Translations under genes and position numbers: made by a program
Source: an uncultured archaeon
Lineage (GTDB): Archaea > Thermoproteota > Nitrososphaeria_A > Caldarchaeales > Wolframiiraptoraceae
Assembly (NCBI GenBank): GCA_938083505.1
Contig: CALKCF010000002.1
Span: forward strand, 1-64,000
DNA: 64,000 nucleotides
Reading direction: 5' to 3'
The notes under the pieces: generated by a model
The model's input: only the letters and a program-made list of their open reading frames with translations
What the model was told of the DNA's origin: nothing
The model's database searches: none
Shown here: one piece after another, positions 19,794-28,939 of the stretch
Position numbering within the stretch: position 1 is the stretch's first letter
How the letters are laid out: each line of letters opens with the position of its first letter

Positions 19794-21125
19794 TCACCAT
19801 AAAGAAGATGCTATTAGCACGTAAAGAGTGTTCATTAATAGTTCTTCGTCTATTGTTCCTTTTTTCTCTAGAAGCCTTTTGATGAGGCTCTCAGGATATC
19901 CCTTAGTTCTCAGCTGTTCAACATTTAACATCTCGATCGGGTTTGGGAGTTTCGTCTCCTTTGTTTTGCACACCTTTTTAACACCAAGTTTCTTGCACAC
20001 AACGTCGGATATCGTTTCTGCCATGGCACGCGCCGTCGTAAACTTGCCGCCTATGACCGTCAGCAGTCCTTCCACATTATGTAATTCTTCGTGGTCATAT
20101 ATTTCATAACGTCTTGATATCTTTCTAGTATCTATCTCTTCATTCATGGATATCAAGGGTCTGATGGATGAGTACATTCTAGAGAATCCTATCTTCCTGA
20201 TCACGGGAAATATAGCGCTACCCTCCTCCATGAGAAACTCAGCATCCTCTGGTGGTATTGTGTAGTTATCTGGGTCATCTATCACATACGCCGTTGTACC
20301 TACTATGGAATTGTTGCCGTACGGTACAACTATATCACCGTCTGACGGAACCCTCATCTTGTTGATGACCTTTTTAGACAACCTATATGGGACCACGGCC
20401 ATTGTTCCTGCCGTTAAAACCATCTTAACGTTCTGGATGTTTGCCATATTCATGATCTTTCCTGACCAAGGGCCCGCGGCTACTATCGTTATTTCAGCTT
20501 TCTCATCGTATACCCTGTTGTTAATTTTATCGAGGACTTTTACACCAACGACATGTTTACCTTCCCTTAGCAACCCGATAACCTCACTATATATTCGTAC
20601 ATCAGCACCATTCATCTTGGCGGCTAGGCCTAAACTAACTGCAAACTTGTAAGCGTAAAGGACGGCGTCCTGAACTTCGACGATGGCTTTAACGTTGGGG
20701 TTAAGGTTCGGCTCCTCCCTCAGGGCTTCGCCGACGTCTACATCCTTTACCGGTATTTGGTTCTCTTTGCACCCTCTTTTGAAATCGTCATAGTATTCCT
20801 CCTCGTCCAGTAGGACAAAATATCCACCGGTATCTTCTACACAATGTCCTGCGATTTCTTTTATTATTTTGTTCTCAACTGCACACTCGTAGGCCGCTTC
20901 GGGGTCGTTAACAGCGTATCTCGCACCACTGTGTAGAAGTCCATGATACTTTCCAGACGTACCACTCATGATGTCGTTCCTTTCGAGCAATACTGGTTTG
21001 AGACCCCTCAATGCAAGGTCGTATGCAACCGCTAAACCGGTTACGCCACCACCTATTACTATTATATCATACTTTCCCAAATGAACATCACGTAGCGCTG
21101 ATATCCTTAAGCCAGCCCTTAGCAC
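19794..21125 (-). CDS. glpA: FAD-dependent glycerol-3-phosphate dehydrogenase (short GlpA type)
   Basis: [30 protein letters not shown]; no C-terminal BFD-like Cys domain; true start likely near 21080. Confidence 0.9.
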   Translation of the reverse strand: MLRAGLRISALRDVHLGKYDIIVIGGGVTGLAVAYDLALRGLKPVLLERNDIMSGTSGKYHGLLHSGARYAVNDPEAAYECAVENKIIKEIAGHCVEDTGGYFVLLDEEEYYDDFKRGCKENQIPVKDVDVGEALREEPNLNPNVKAIVEVQDAVLYAYKFAVSLGLAAKMNGADVRIYSEVIGLLREGKHVVGVKVLDKINNRVYDEKAEITIVAAGPWSGKIMNMANIQNVKMVLTAGTMAVVPYRLSKKVINKMRVPSDGDIVVPYGNNSIVGTTAYVIDDPDNYTIPPEDAEFLMEEGSAIFPVIRKIGFSRMYSSIRPLISMNEEIDTRKISRRYEIYDHEELHNVEGLLTVIGGKFTTARAMAETISDVVCKKLGVKKVCKTKETKLPNPIEMLNVEQLRTKGYPESLIKRLLEKKGTIDEELLMNTLYVLIASSLW

Positions 21126-22629
21126 GATTTATAGCTGCCTTCCATCCCCTATACATCCTTTCTCTCTCCTCCTCAGACAATCTCGGTTGGAATATCTTGT
21201 CAACCTTCCAGAGTTTTTTTAGTTCATCCAAATCTTTCCAAAAACCTACTGCAAGACCTGCAGCGTAAACGCATCCTAGCGAGGTGGTCTCGGTAACCTT
21301 GGGTCTTATAACCTTAGCACCGATTATGTCCGCTTGAAGTTGCATGAGATAATCGTTGACCGCCGCTCCTCCGTCTACCTTAAGCTCTGTTAATCTGCTA
21401 CCCGTATCCGATGCTATGGACTCGAGCGCATCCCTCGTTTGATAACATATGCTTTCAAGCGTCGCATGAACTATGTGTTCTTTTCTCGTGAACCTCGTTA
21501 AGCCCACTATAACACCCCTAGCATCTAAGTCCCAATACGGTGCGAAAAGTCCGCTAAAAGCTGGTACGAAGTAAACGCCGCCCGAGCCTTCCTGCTCCAC
21601 GGACTTTGCGATCGCTTCGGTCTCAGATGCCGAACTTATTATCTTTAGATTGTCCCTCAACCATTGTATTGCAGCACCCGTAACGGCTATCGAGCCTTCG
21701 AGTGCGTAAGTGCATTTGCCCACCTCAGTGCTGTACGCCACGGTTGTGAGTAGGCCATGTTTGGATAGTTTAGGTTCCGTACCTATGTTCTGCAACAGGA
21801 AGCAACCGGTACCATATGTGTTCTTCGCCATTCCCTTCTCAAAACAAACTTGACCTACTAATGCAGCCTGTTGATCTCCTAAGTCTCCACAAACCGGTAT
21901 TTCCGCTCCAAAGGGACCGTCAGGTTTCGTGTAACCATAAATCGACTTATCGGATGATGGTCTTATTTCGGGCAGAATCGCATCCGGTATTTTTAGAAGC
22001 TCAAGTATCTCTTCACACCACTCAAGCTTCCTTATGTCCATTAGCATAGTCCTGGATGCATTTGTGTAATCGGTTACATGTACACCACCATTCGACCCAC
22101 CTGTTAGATTCCAAACTAGCCAAGAATCTATCGTTCCGAACTTTACCTCACCCCTTTTAGCCTTATCCATTAAGCCTGGAACGTTTTCGAGCAACCATTT
22201 AATCTTCGGACCGGAGAAGTAGGTAAAGGAAAAAACGCCAGTCTTTGGGTGTATTAGTGTTTCCTCGTAGTTTTCCATTCTTAGTCGTTCGCAGATGTCT
22301 TTAGTCCTAGTGTCTTGCCAGACTATAGCATTCGCTAAAGGTTTTCCTGTTTTGGGGTCCCATATCACCGTTGTCTCGCGCTGGTTCGTAACACCGATTG
22401 CCACTATTTCTTTAGGGTCCACGCCAGAACGTTTCAGGGTCTCAGAGATCACGTACCGTGTCTTCTCCCATATCTCGATTGGGTCGTGTTCGACCCATCC
22501 GGGCACCGGGTATATCTGTCTATGCTCCTCGTAAACCCAACCTATTATGTTGCTCTCTGCGTCGAAAATCATACACCTAGTGCCGGTCGTACCTTGATCG
22601 ACAGCTGCCACATATTTACCTTCTTTCAC
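21088..22629 (-). CDS. glpK: glycerol kinase
   Basis: [34 protein letters not shown]. Confidence 0.97.
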   Translation of the reverse strand: MKEGKYVAAVDQGTTGTRCMIFDAESNIIGWVYEEHRQIYPVPGWVEHDPIEIWEKTRYVISETLKRSGVDPKEIVAIGVTNQRETTVIWDPKTGKPLANAIVWQDTRTKDICERLRMENYEETLIHPKTGVFSFTYFSGPKIKWLLENVPGLMDKAKRGEVKFGTIDSWLVWNLTGGSNGGVHVTDYTNASRTMLMDIRKLEWCEEILELLKIPDAILPEIRPSSDKSIYGYTKPDGPFGAEIPVCGDLGDQQAALVGQVCFEKGMAKNTYGTGCFLLQNIGTEPKLSKHGLLTTVAYSTEVGKCTYALEGSIAVTGAAIQWLRDNLKIISSASETEAIAKSVEQEGSGGVYFVPAFSGLFAPYWDLDARGVIVGLTRFTRKEHIVHATLESICYQTRDALESIASDTGSRLTELKVDGGAAVNDYLMQLQADIIGAKVIRPKVTETTSLGCVYAAGLAVGFWKDLDELKKLWKVDKIFQPRLSEEERERMYRGWKAAINRAKGWLKDISAT

Positions 22630-22733
22630 AAAATTGTTAAATCCCTAAAACCTATATAAGCATCTCTAAAAATGAACATTCTAAAACCTTTTAATAAAGC
22701 ATGGTAAACTCCAACTTGAGTAGGTGAAGTTAT

Positions 22734-24287
22734 TTGTCTGTTACTGGGCCGCGGCTGGAATACGGAACGCCTAGGCTGAGGCTTGGCACTTTTTTCGATG
22801 AGATTTATGAGGTAGGGCCTGATAACATACCAATCTTTAAAATGTTTTTGGACGGCAAATGGGTTCAAGCTTCAACGAACGAGACATTTGATATAGACAC
22901 GCCCATCGACGATAGCGTTATTGCAAGGGCGCAGAAAGCCGGAGAGAAGGACATGGAGTCGGCGATAGACGTGGCTAAAGAAAACCAAAGAAGGATAAGG
23001 GATATCGCCGCGATCAGCAGGATAGAGATATTCCACTTAGCGGTAGAGCTCATGAAAGAAAGAGTCCAAGATTTTGTTGAGACGCTAGTGCTCGAGGCCG
23101 GAAAGCCTAGAAGGGATGCGCTAGGAGAGGTGAGAGCAACGATCGACAGGATGCGACTGACCATGGAAGAGGCGAGGAAGATATTTGGTGAATACATACC
23201 AGGCGATTGGTCGGAGGACACTGTAGGAAAGATAGCCTTGGTGATTCATGAGCCCGTAGGTGTGGTTGGCGCGATAGGTCCATTCAACTATCCGCTTTAC
23301 ATACCCGCGGCGAAAATCATACCGGCTCTCTTATCAGGTAATTCCGTGGTGGTCAAGCCTGCTAGCGACGACCCGCTCAGCCAGCTACTTTTTGCTAGGA
23401 TATTGGAGGAGGCTGGTTTGCCGCGTGGTTGCCTGAATGTTGTTACAGGTCCTGGGAAGATTGCCAGCCTCTTGGCTTCCAGCGAGAAGATCCGTCTGGT
23501 TTCTTTTACAGGAAGCACGACTACTGGAAAAGAACTTTATAAGGCATCGACGATAAAGCCCATGCATCTTGAGTTGGGTGGAAAAGCGCTTGCGATAGTT
23601 CTTGATGATGCGGATTTAGACCTCGCGGCAAAAAGGTGCGTTGAGGGGTCCTTAAAGAATGCGGGACAGAGGTGCGACGCGATAAGTGTGGTCCTAGTCC
23701 AAAAAAGCGTTGCAGATGTTTTTGTTGATAAAGTGTTGAAGGAAGTGGATGGTTGGAAGTTCGGGGACCCCAGGGACCCGGACGTCATGATGGGCCCCTT
23801 GATTAACAGAAAAGCGGTAGAGTATGTTTATGATTTGGTGAAGGATGCCATAGAGAAAGGAGCAAAGCTGCTCAGGGGCGGGAGGTATTGGGGATGTTAC
23901 TTTGAGCCAACAGTTCTCGACTATGTACCGCTCGATGCAAAAATAGTATGGGAGGAGACGTTTGGTCCAGTCATACCAATCGTCAGAATAAATAACGAAG
24001 ATGAGGCAATAGAAATATCGCATAAGTCTAAGTATGGACTTGATTCTTGTGTGTTTACGAACAACTTTTATAGAATGTGGAAGGTTGCAAAGAGATTACA
24101 GGTTGGAGAGGTTACGATAAACGACATGCCTAAGCACGGTGTCGGCTTCTTTCCGTTTGGTGGTGTAAAGGACTCAGGCATAGGTAGAGAAGGTATAGGT
24201 TATAGCATAGATGAGATGACGGTACTTAAGACTATCGTGTTCAACCTAGAACCTGCTGGGCTCGGAAAGATAAAGAAGGTATTTTAA
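22734..24287 (+). CDS. gapN: non-phosphorylating glyceraldehyde-3-phosphate dehydrogenase (ALDH superfamily)
   Basis: GEYIPGDW, PFNYP, ELGGK, AGQRCDA, PKHGVGFFPFGG. Confidence 0.88.
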   Translation: MSVTGPRLEYGTPRLRLGTFFDEIYEVGPDNIPIFKMFLDGKWVQASTNETFDIDTPIDDSVIARAQKAGEKDMESAIDVAKENQRRIRDIAAISRIEIFHLAVELMKERVQDFVETLVLEAGKPRRDALGEVRATIDRMRLTMEEARKIFGEYIPGDWSEDTVGKIALVIHEPVGVVGAIGPFNYPLYIPAAKIIPALLSGNSVVVKPASDDPLSQLLFARILEEAGLPRGCLNVVTGPGKIASLLASSEKIRLVSFTGSTTTGKELYKASTIKPMHLELGGKALAIVLDDADLDLAAKRCVEGSLKNAGQRCDAISVVLVQKSVADVFVDKVLKEVDGWKFGDPRDPDVMMGPLINRKAVEYVYDLVKDAIEKGAKLLRGGRYWGCYFEPTVLDYVPLDAKIVWEETFGPVIPIVRINNEDEAIEISHKSKYGLDSCVFTNNFYRMWKVAKRLQVGEVTINDMPKHGVGFFPFGGVKDSGIGREGIGYSIDEMTVLKTIVFNLEPAGLGKIKKVF

Positions 24288-24311
24288 TTGAACCCCAATG
24301 TTTATGCTACT

Positions 24312-25760
24312 TCACAGCGGCGGTCTCCTGTATCCATTACCGGTTATTTCTTCGTAAGTTAGGGCTGCAGCAAGCAACAAATCGTCATAAAAAGGCCAGG
24401 ACACCATCTGTAGACCTACTGGCAAGTCATCTTTTGACATACCGCAAGGAATAGAGATTGCTGGAAGCCCAAGCACGTTGAACGGTTCCGTTAACCTCAG
24501 CAGGGCCAGCCTTACGCTTAGTTCCTTGCCATTTATTAGGATTTTTTCCTCACTTATACGTGGAGCGGCCACTGATGTTGTGGGACATACCACAATGTCT
24601 AAGCCCTTCATAGCCCTCAGAAAATCTCTGATGAGCACCTTCCTAACCTTTTGTGCCTTCAGGTAAACGTCCGACGGGACTAGCAGGCCCAGCATCAACT
24701 TATGTCTTAGCTCTTCGCTGTAAAGCTCAGGATTCGTTTCGAGCCAACGCGCGTGTAAAGAGGCTGCCTCTGTCAACAGGATGATGTACCTGCATGCAGA
24801 CAGTTGCTCGAAGTGCTTAAAGTCAATCTCGTGTATCTGCCAACCTTCATCTTCCAACTTTTTTAATGAGCCCCAGAAAAGTTCATTAATATCTTCTTGG
24901 AGCGGTTCCAAGAATTTGTCATTCGGCACACCTACTCTTAGCCTTCTGGTATTAAAGTTCTGGATCCGTTTCGCTTCAAAAGGTTTGGAAATTAACTTCG
25001 CTTCAAAAGGTTTGGAAATTAACGTCGTGATGTCCGCTGGGTCAGGTCCTGCAATCGTCTCCAGCAAAATACCTATGTCCCATACGCTTCTCGCTAATAT
25101 CCCAACATGGTCTAAAGACCATGCGAGCGGAAAGACGCCGTGTTTGCTCACCAGACCGTAAGTTGGCTTGAAACCTATAATGCCACAGAGCGCTGCTGGT
25201 ATTCTAGTCGAGCCACCCGTATCCGTGCCCAAGGAGGCAAAGCACATGCCAGACGCCACGGCTGCTGCAGATCCGCCACTACTGCCGCCTGCAATCCTAT
25301 CCAAATTCCAAGGGTTTTTCGTTGCACCAAAGTGCGGGTTGACGTTTGTCACACCGTAGGCGAATTCATGTAAATTCGTCTTACCTATTAAGATAGCGCC
25401 TGCTTCGCGCAACATCTTCACGACAGATGCATCATGCTTTGGTATGAAATCTTTAAGGATAGGCGAGCCTGCGGTCGTTATCGTATTCTTTACATAAAAT
25501 ACATCTTTGAGCGCTATCGGTACACCGTGTAGAGGACCCAACCATCCTCCAGCACGTATCTCCTTCTCTGCCTTGGTAGCTACCTCAATGGCGGATTGCT
25601 CGAATACAGAAATGTAAGCGTTCAGTAAACCGTTTAGACGTTTAATTCTCTTGATGACTGAGGCCGTCAGATCTACGGGCGAAATCTCGCAGGTCTTAAC
25701 AGCTTCTGAGATTTCTTTTATGGGAAGGTAGGGAAGCTCATACTTCTCCATCATCCTCAA
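24312..25760 (-). CDS. amidase-signature enzyme (AtzE/GatA-like)
   Basis: GVPIALKD, GGSSGGS, GTDTGGSTRIPA (Lys-Ser-Ser triad). Confidence 0.9.
   Translation of the reverse strand: MRMMEKYELPYLPIKEISEAVKTCEISPVDLTASVIKRIKRLNGLLNAYISVFEQSAIEVATKAEKEIRAGGWLGPLHGVPIALKDVFYVKNTITTAGSPILKDFIPKHDASVVKMLREAGAILIGKTNLHEFAYGVTNVNPHFGATKNPWNLDRIAGGSSGGSAAAVASGMCFASLGTDTGGSTRIPAALCGIIGFKPTYGLVSKHGVFPLAWSLDHVGILARSVWDIGILLETIAGPDPADITTLISKPFEAKLISKPFEAKRIQNFNTRRLRVGVPNDKFLEPLQEDINELFWGSLKKLEDEGWQIHEIDFKHFEQLSACRYIILLTEAASLHARWLETNPELYSEELRHKLMLGLLVPSDVYLKAQKVRKVLIRDFLRAMKGLDIVVCPTTSVAAPRISEEKILINGKELSVRLALLRLTEPFNVLGLPAISIPCGMSKDDLPVGLQMVSWPFYDDLLLAAALTYEEITGNGYRRPPL
24970..25023. repeat. perfect 27-bp tandem duplication inside the amidase
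   Basis: TTCGCTTCAAAAGGTTTGGAAATTAAC x2, giving LISKPFEAK twice. Confidence 0.95.
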
Positions 25761-25947
25761 CCCTTAATAAGAAAAAGACCGCCGGCTCTTCTTCATATGA
25801 TAGGATCTCGTCAAAGGTCTTAGAAACCTTAAGAAGGTTATTTAAATCGTGAGATAACTTTGAAAGCTCCTCCTTTGAGGGGCAAATGCCTAAAGATGCT
25901 AACCGTGCTTTTATAATATTTGCTAAATTTTCGTACTCACAGACCAT
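25738..25947 (-). CDS. small GatC/AtzG-like amidase partner
   Basis: 69 aa, helical, C-term EEEPAVFF, overlaps the amidase start. Confidence 0.55.
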   Translation of the reverse strand: MVCEYENLANIIKARLASLGICPSKEELSKLSHDLNNLLKVSKTFDEILSYEEEPAVFFLLRVEDDGEV

Positions 25948-26088
25948 GTTCTTTCAAATGATGCTGAAAAGGAAAATATATATTTGTAAATGTTCATCAT
26001 GTTAATTTAATGTTGTTTATCTTACTCGTGTCTGATGAAGCTTATATCCAAGCATCCTTAGCAATGAGACAGCTCGTACCGACTGATC

Positions 26089-26301
26089 GTGAAAGGGGGC
26101 AATTGTATGGAAAAGGATGCCAAAACACGTGAGAAAAAGGGCATGAAGTTGATATCTGTTAAGATGCCAGAGGCTCTGATAGAAGGCATGGATGAACTCG
26201 TTAGAAAGGGCGTTTATCCGAGCAGAAGTGCTGTTATGCGTATAGCAGTAAGAGACCTTTTGAAGAACGAGTTAGGTAAGTTTAAGTCCGGCACTACCTA
26301 A
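26089..26301 (+). CDS. ribbon-helix-helix regulator (CdrS/aCcr1-like)
   Basis: MKLISVKMPE..MDELVRKGVYPSRSAVMRIAVRDLL. Confidence 0.85.
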   Translation: MKGGNCMEKDAKTREKKGMKLISVKMPEALIEGMDELVRKGVYPSRSAVMRIAVRDLLKNELGKFKSGTT

Positions 26302-26317
26302 CGTCGAAAGAAAGGAG

Positions 26318-27082
26318 CTAACCTATGTAGAATGGCTCCCTCGTTGGCCTCTCTTCGCGGGCTGGCTCAGTTTGTTCGAGTACGCTTTTTTCAAGACCTT
26401 CAAGTAATTGTTGGTACCTTTTTATATCTTCATCCAGTTTGCTCAGGTCCAACTCCATCTTTAATGACCTGAGGAGTGTTTCTAACAACTTTTTGGCGGC
26501 GCTCGGATCGGGTATATAGGATGGTGAGTCTGATAGGAGCAAACACGTTCTTTTTCCATCCCTCGCGAAGAAGAGCAAAAGAAACGACGTCAGTCTATCT
26601 ATCGGGAGGGCGTCTTGATTGGGCGCCAATTTGGCACCCGCGTTTAAAAGTTCCTTAGCATGCTCCAACTTTGTGGTCGAGATAAAAACTTCACCATTCC
26701 CAGTTATCCTTCCACTTCCCAAACAATAGATGGCTTCGATGTCGTTTGATTTTAAAAACTCATAGATCTTTTTCGCCACTAAATAGCTACCGTCACCGCT
26801 TTCCATGGGAAAATTCCTAACTATAAACAAAAGTTTTAGATCTTTTTCTTTGTTAACATAAAAATGTAACTCTATACGTGATGGGAACGCTATGCCATTT
26901 TCATTGACGAGGCTCACTTGGGGGAAGTACGGCGATATAATTTCACCGACCTTCTCAGCTTTTAGCGCATCTATCAAGAAGGCGCCTGCTATTAAACCAG
27001 CGGCACCAGGCGAGGGAGCTATCTCTATTGCATACGCACCCTTGAGCTCTACAGCCTTCTCGAGTGTTATGCTTGTTTCCAT
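26318..27082 (-). CDS. PAC2 family proteasome assembly chaperone
   Basis: PG..GLIA, PDPSAAKKLL, C-term YIG; lies after nop10. Confidence 0.85.
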   Translation of the reverse strand: METSITLEKAVELKGAYAIEIAPSPGAAGLIAGAFLIDALKAEKVGEIISPYFPQVSLVNENGIAFPSRIELHFYVNKEKDLKLLFIVRNFPMESGDGSYLVAKKIYEFLKSNDIEAIYCLGSGRITGNGEVFISTTKLEHAKELLNAGAKLAPNQDALPIDRLTSFLLLFFARDGKRTCLLLSDSPSYIPDPSAAKKLLETLLRSLKMELDLSKLDEDIKRYQQLLEGLEKSVLEQTEPAREERPTREPFYIG

Positions 27083-27240
27083 TTTGTCTCCCTCCTTAAC
27101 TTTACTATGGTATTGATATACTTATCCTGAAAATTAATGTTTGGTGGGTGCGGATTTTTTACAGGCCCACCGCATGACGGACACTTATCGCTTGAAAGTG
27201 TGTACCTGCCGCACACCACGCATTTCCATATCCTTGTCAA
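27067..27240 (-). CDS. nop10: H/ACA RNP protein Nop10 (not in ORF track)
   Basis: TTG start; KCVVCGRYTL..CPSCGG..PHPP..DKY, 57 aa. Confidence 0.92.
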   Translation of the reverse strand: MTRIWKCVVCGRYTLSSDKCPSCGGPVKNPHPPNINFQDKYINTIVKLRRETKWKQA

Positions 27241-28019
27241 CTCTTCTTGAACTCTCCTTTTCCTCCTTTTTTAACTACGTATTCTATACACTTCTTTGCT
27301 GCTTGGTTTAATAACATCTCGGACGTTTCATCATCTTCTGCCTCTACCCTGAGGAGGTACCTAGGAGGGCCTATGACGGTTATCGTCACGTTTTGGCCCT
27401 TGCCTGAAAGTGACGTGGCCTCCTTGATCGCATCCCTGATGACCGCAACACCATTCTTAGAGTGGCAATAAAGCATAAGGATGCCCTTCTTTATGACACT
27501 CTTTCTCTTTATCTCCTGCTTTACGATCTCTTTCAGGGCTTTAAGGACGTTTTCGGGAAGGTTCTTTAAAAAATCGGAGACTTCTTCATCCTTTGACATC
27601 TTTTCGAAAATGTCGTAAAGTTCAATCTCATCCTTCTTTAGAGATTCGAGAATACTTTTATCGAGTTCAGGCTTGGTAAGCTCAGTCTTCTCAGCTAAAA
27701 GTTTTATTATCCTTTTGACTTTTTGCTTTTTCTTCCACCAAAGTAATTTCTCTACCTTCTCCCTTTTCGAAACCCTCCTTAAAGATAGGTCAACTTGCAT
27801 CGTGGTTGGGTCGGAGCGCAATACTTTAAATACCGCTTTCTGCCCTTCTTTGAGATAATCCCTAATGTTCCTTACCCATCTTAAAGAAATCTCAGAGATA
27901 TGTACAAAGGCATCTGCATTCTCATATTCATCTAGCAAGACATAAGCACCAAACTTATCAATCCTCTTCACGGTTCCTATAACTATCTCGCCGATTTCCG
28001 GCAACTTTTTTTCACTCAT
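27237..28019 (-). CDS. eif2a: translation initiation factor 2 alpha subunit
   Basis: LPEIGEIV, GAYVLLDEY, HISEIS, VDLSLRRV, GPPRY. Confidence 0.95.
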   Translation of the reverse strand: MSEKKLPEIGEIVIGTVKRIDKFGAYVLLDEYENADAFVHISEISLRWVRNIRDYLKEGQKAVFKVLRSDPTTMQVDLSLRRVSKREKVEKLLWWKKKQKVKRIIKLLAEKTELTKPELDKSILESLKKDEIELYDIFEKMSKDEEVSDFLKNLPENVLKALKEIVKQEIKRKSVIKKGILMLYCHSKNGVAVIRDAIKEATSLSGKGQNVTITVIGPPRYLLRVEAEDDETSEMLLNQAAKKCIEYVVKKGGKGEFKKS

Positions 28020-28218
28020 AAACATCGAGCACCTTTCCAATTATCTGGGCCTTTCCGCCTCTCGGCTTCGCCAAAATCGAGTTACAAATCCTGCACCTTA
28101 CAGCGGTCTTAGCATGTTCGAACACTATCTGCTTACTATTACACTCATCACAACTTACTAACAAGAACCTTGACGTGGGTTTGGGAATGAGCTTGCTCCA
28201 ATCGGTTTCTCCGACCAA
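28012..28218 (-). CDS. rps27e: 30S ribosomal protein S27e
   Basis: IPKPTSRFLLVSCDEC..CRIC..PRGGKA. Confidence 0.97.
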   Translation of the reverse strand: MVGETDWSKLIPKPTSRFLLVSCDECNSKQIVFEHAKTAVRCRICNSILAKPRGGKAQIIGKVLDVYE

Positions 28219-28224
28219 ATATGA

Positions 28225-28503
28225 TCACCTAACTATTTCTAACTTCTTCAGCCTTATTCCGCCCCTAAAAACCTGGAAGCCGCAGACTTGACACTTGAGG
28301 ATGAGGGTCTTACGCTCAGTTGTCTTGGCCTTTTCGCGTTGGATAGGGTATTTTTGTCCACCGTATCCCTTTAACTCCCTTTGGTGCCTTCTAGCACCTA
28401 TTGCTAAACTCCTCTCTTTACCCTTTTTGTAAAGTGATACCGTATGCTGCGTATGCGTGTTGCACTTAGGGCAGTATGTACGAATCGTTGCAGGGACTTT
28501 CAA
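28225..28503 (-). CDS. rpl44e: 50S ribosomal protein L44e
   Basis: RTYCPKCNTHT, GYGGQKYP, KAKTT. Confidence 0.97.
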   Translation of the reverse strand: MKVPATIRTYCPKCNTHTQHTVSLYKKGKERSLAIGARRHQRELKGYGGQKYPIQREKAKTTERKTLILKCQVCGFQVFRGGIRLKKLEIVR

Positions 28504-28595
28504 AAGTCATCACTCTTAAGCGCTCAATACCACTCAGCAAAGGCTAAATTTAAATGTTAGGGCATAGTGTGTCGAAAATATTAAGGTTCTTTTTC

Positions 28596-28913
28596 CTAAC
28601 TCTTAGTTAGGAAAATCTCTATGCAGCTCACGAATCTCTTCTGTCCATTAGACGTCTCGTACTCATCGCTACCTATCTTTACATCAACAACCTTCAGGTT
28701 CTTCAAGAAGCCGTTTCGTAAAAGCCTGATGGTCTCCAAGCATTTGTTTATGTTCTTGCCCCTAGCCCTTAGCACAACCACCTCGCTTCCTCTGTTGAAG
28801 AGTGTTATACAAGCTGTTACGTACCTTATTGCAGGTTTGCTGCCTACGAGTATCAACCCAGGCCTTACGGTTTGCGACGTATGCACACCTTTTAATGGGT
28901 TTGTTGAAGACAT
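28596..28913 (-). CDS. alba: Alba DNA/RNA-binding protein (divergent paralog)
   Basis: VGSKP..YVTAC, VLRARGKNI, VSCIEIFL. Confidence 0.88.
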   Translation of the reverse strand: MSSTNPLKGVHTSQTVRPGLILVGSKPAIRYVTACITLFNRGSEVVVLRARGKNINKCLETIRLLRNGFLKNLKVVDVKIGSDEYETSNGQKRFVSCIEIFLTKS

Positions 28914-28939
28914 CGAATAAGAATATAATACTACCTAGG

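Noticed and set aside
22645-22689. Three CTAAAA repeats in the glpK/gapN spacer
   Set aside because: Short, AT-rich and explainable as BRE elements of promoters
24312-25947. Annotation as gatA/gatC
   Set aside because: No gatB nearby and motifs fit general catabolic amidases
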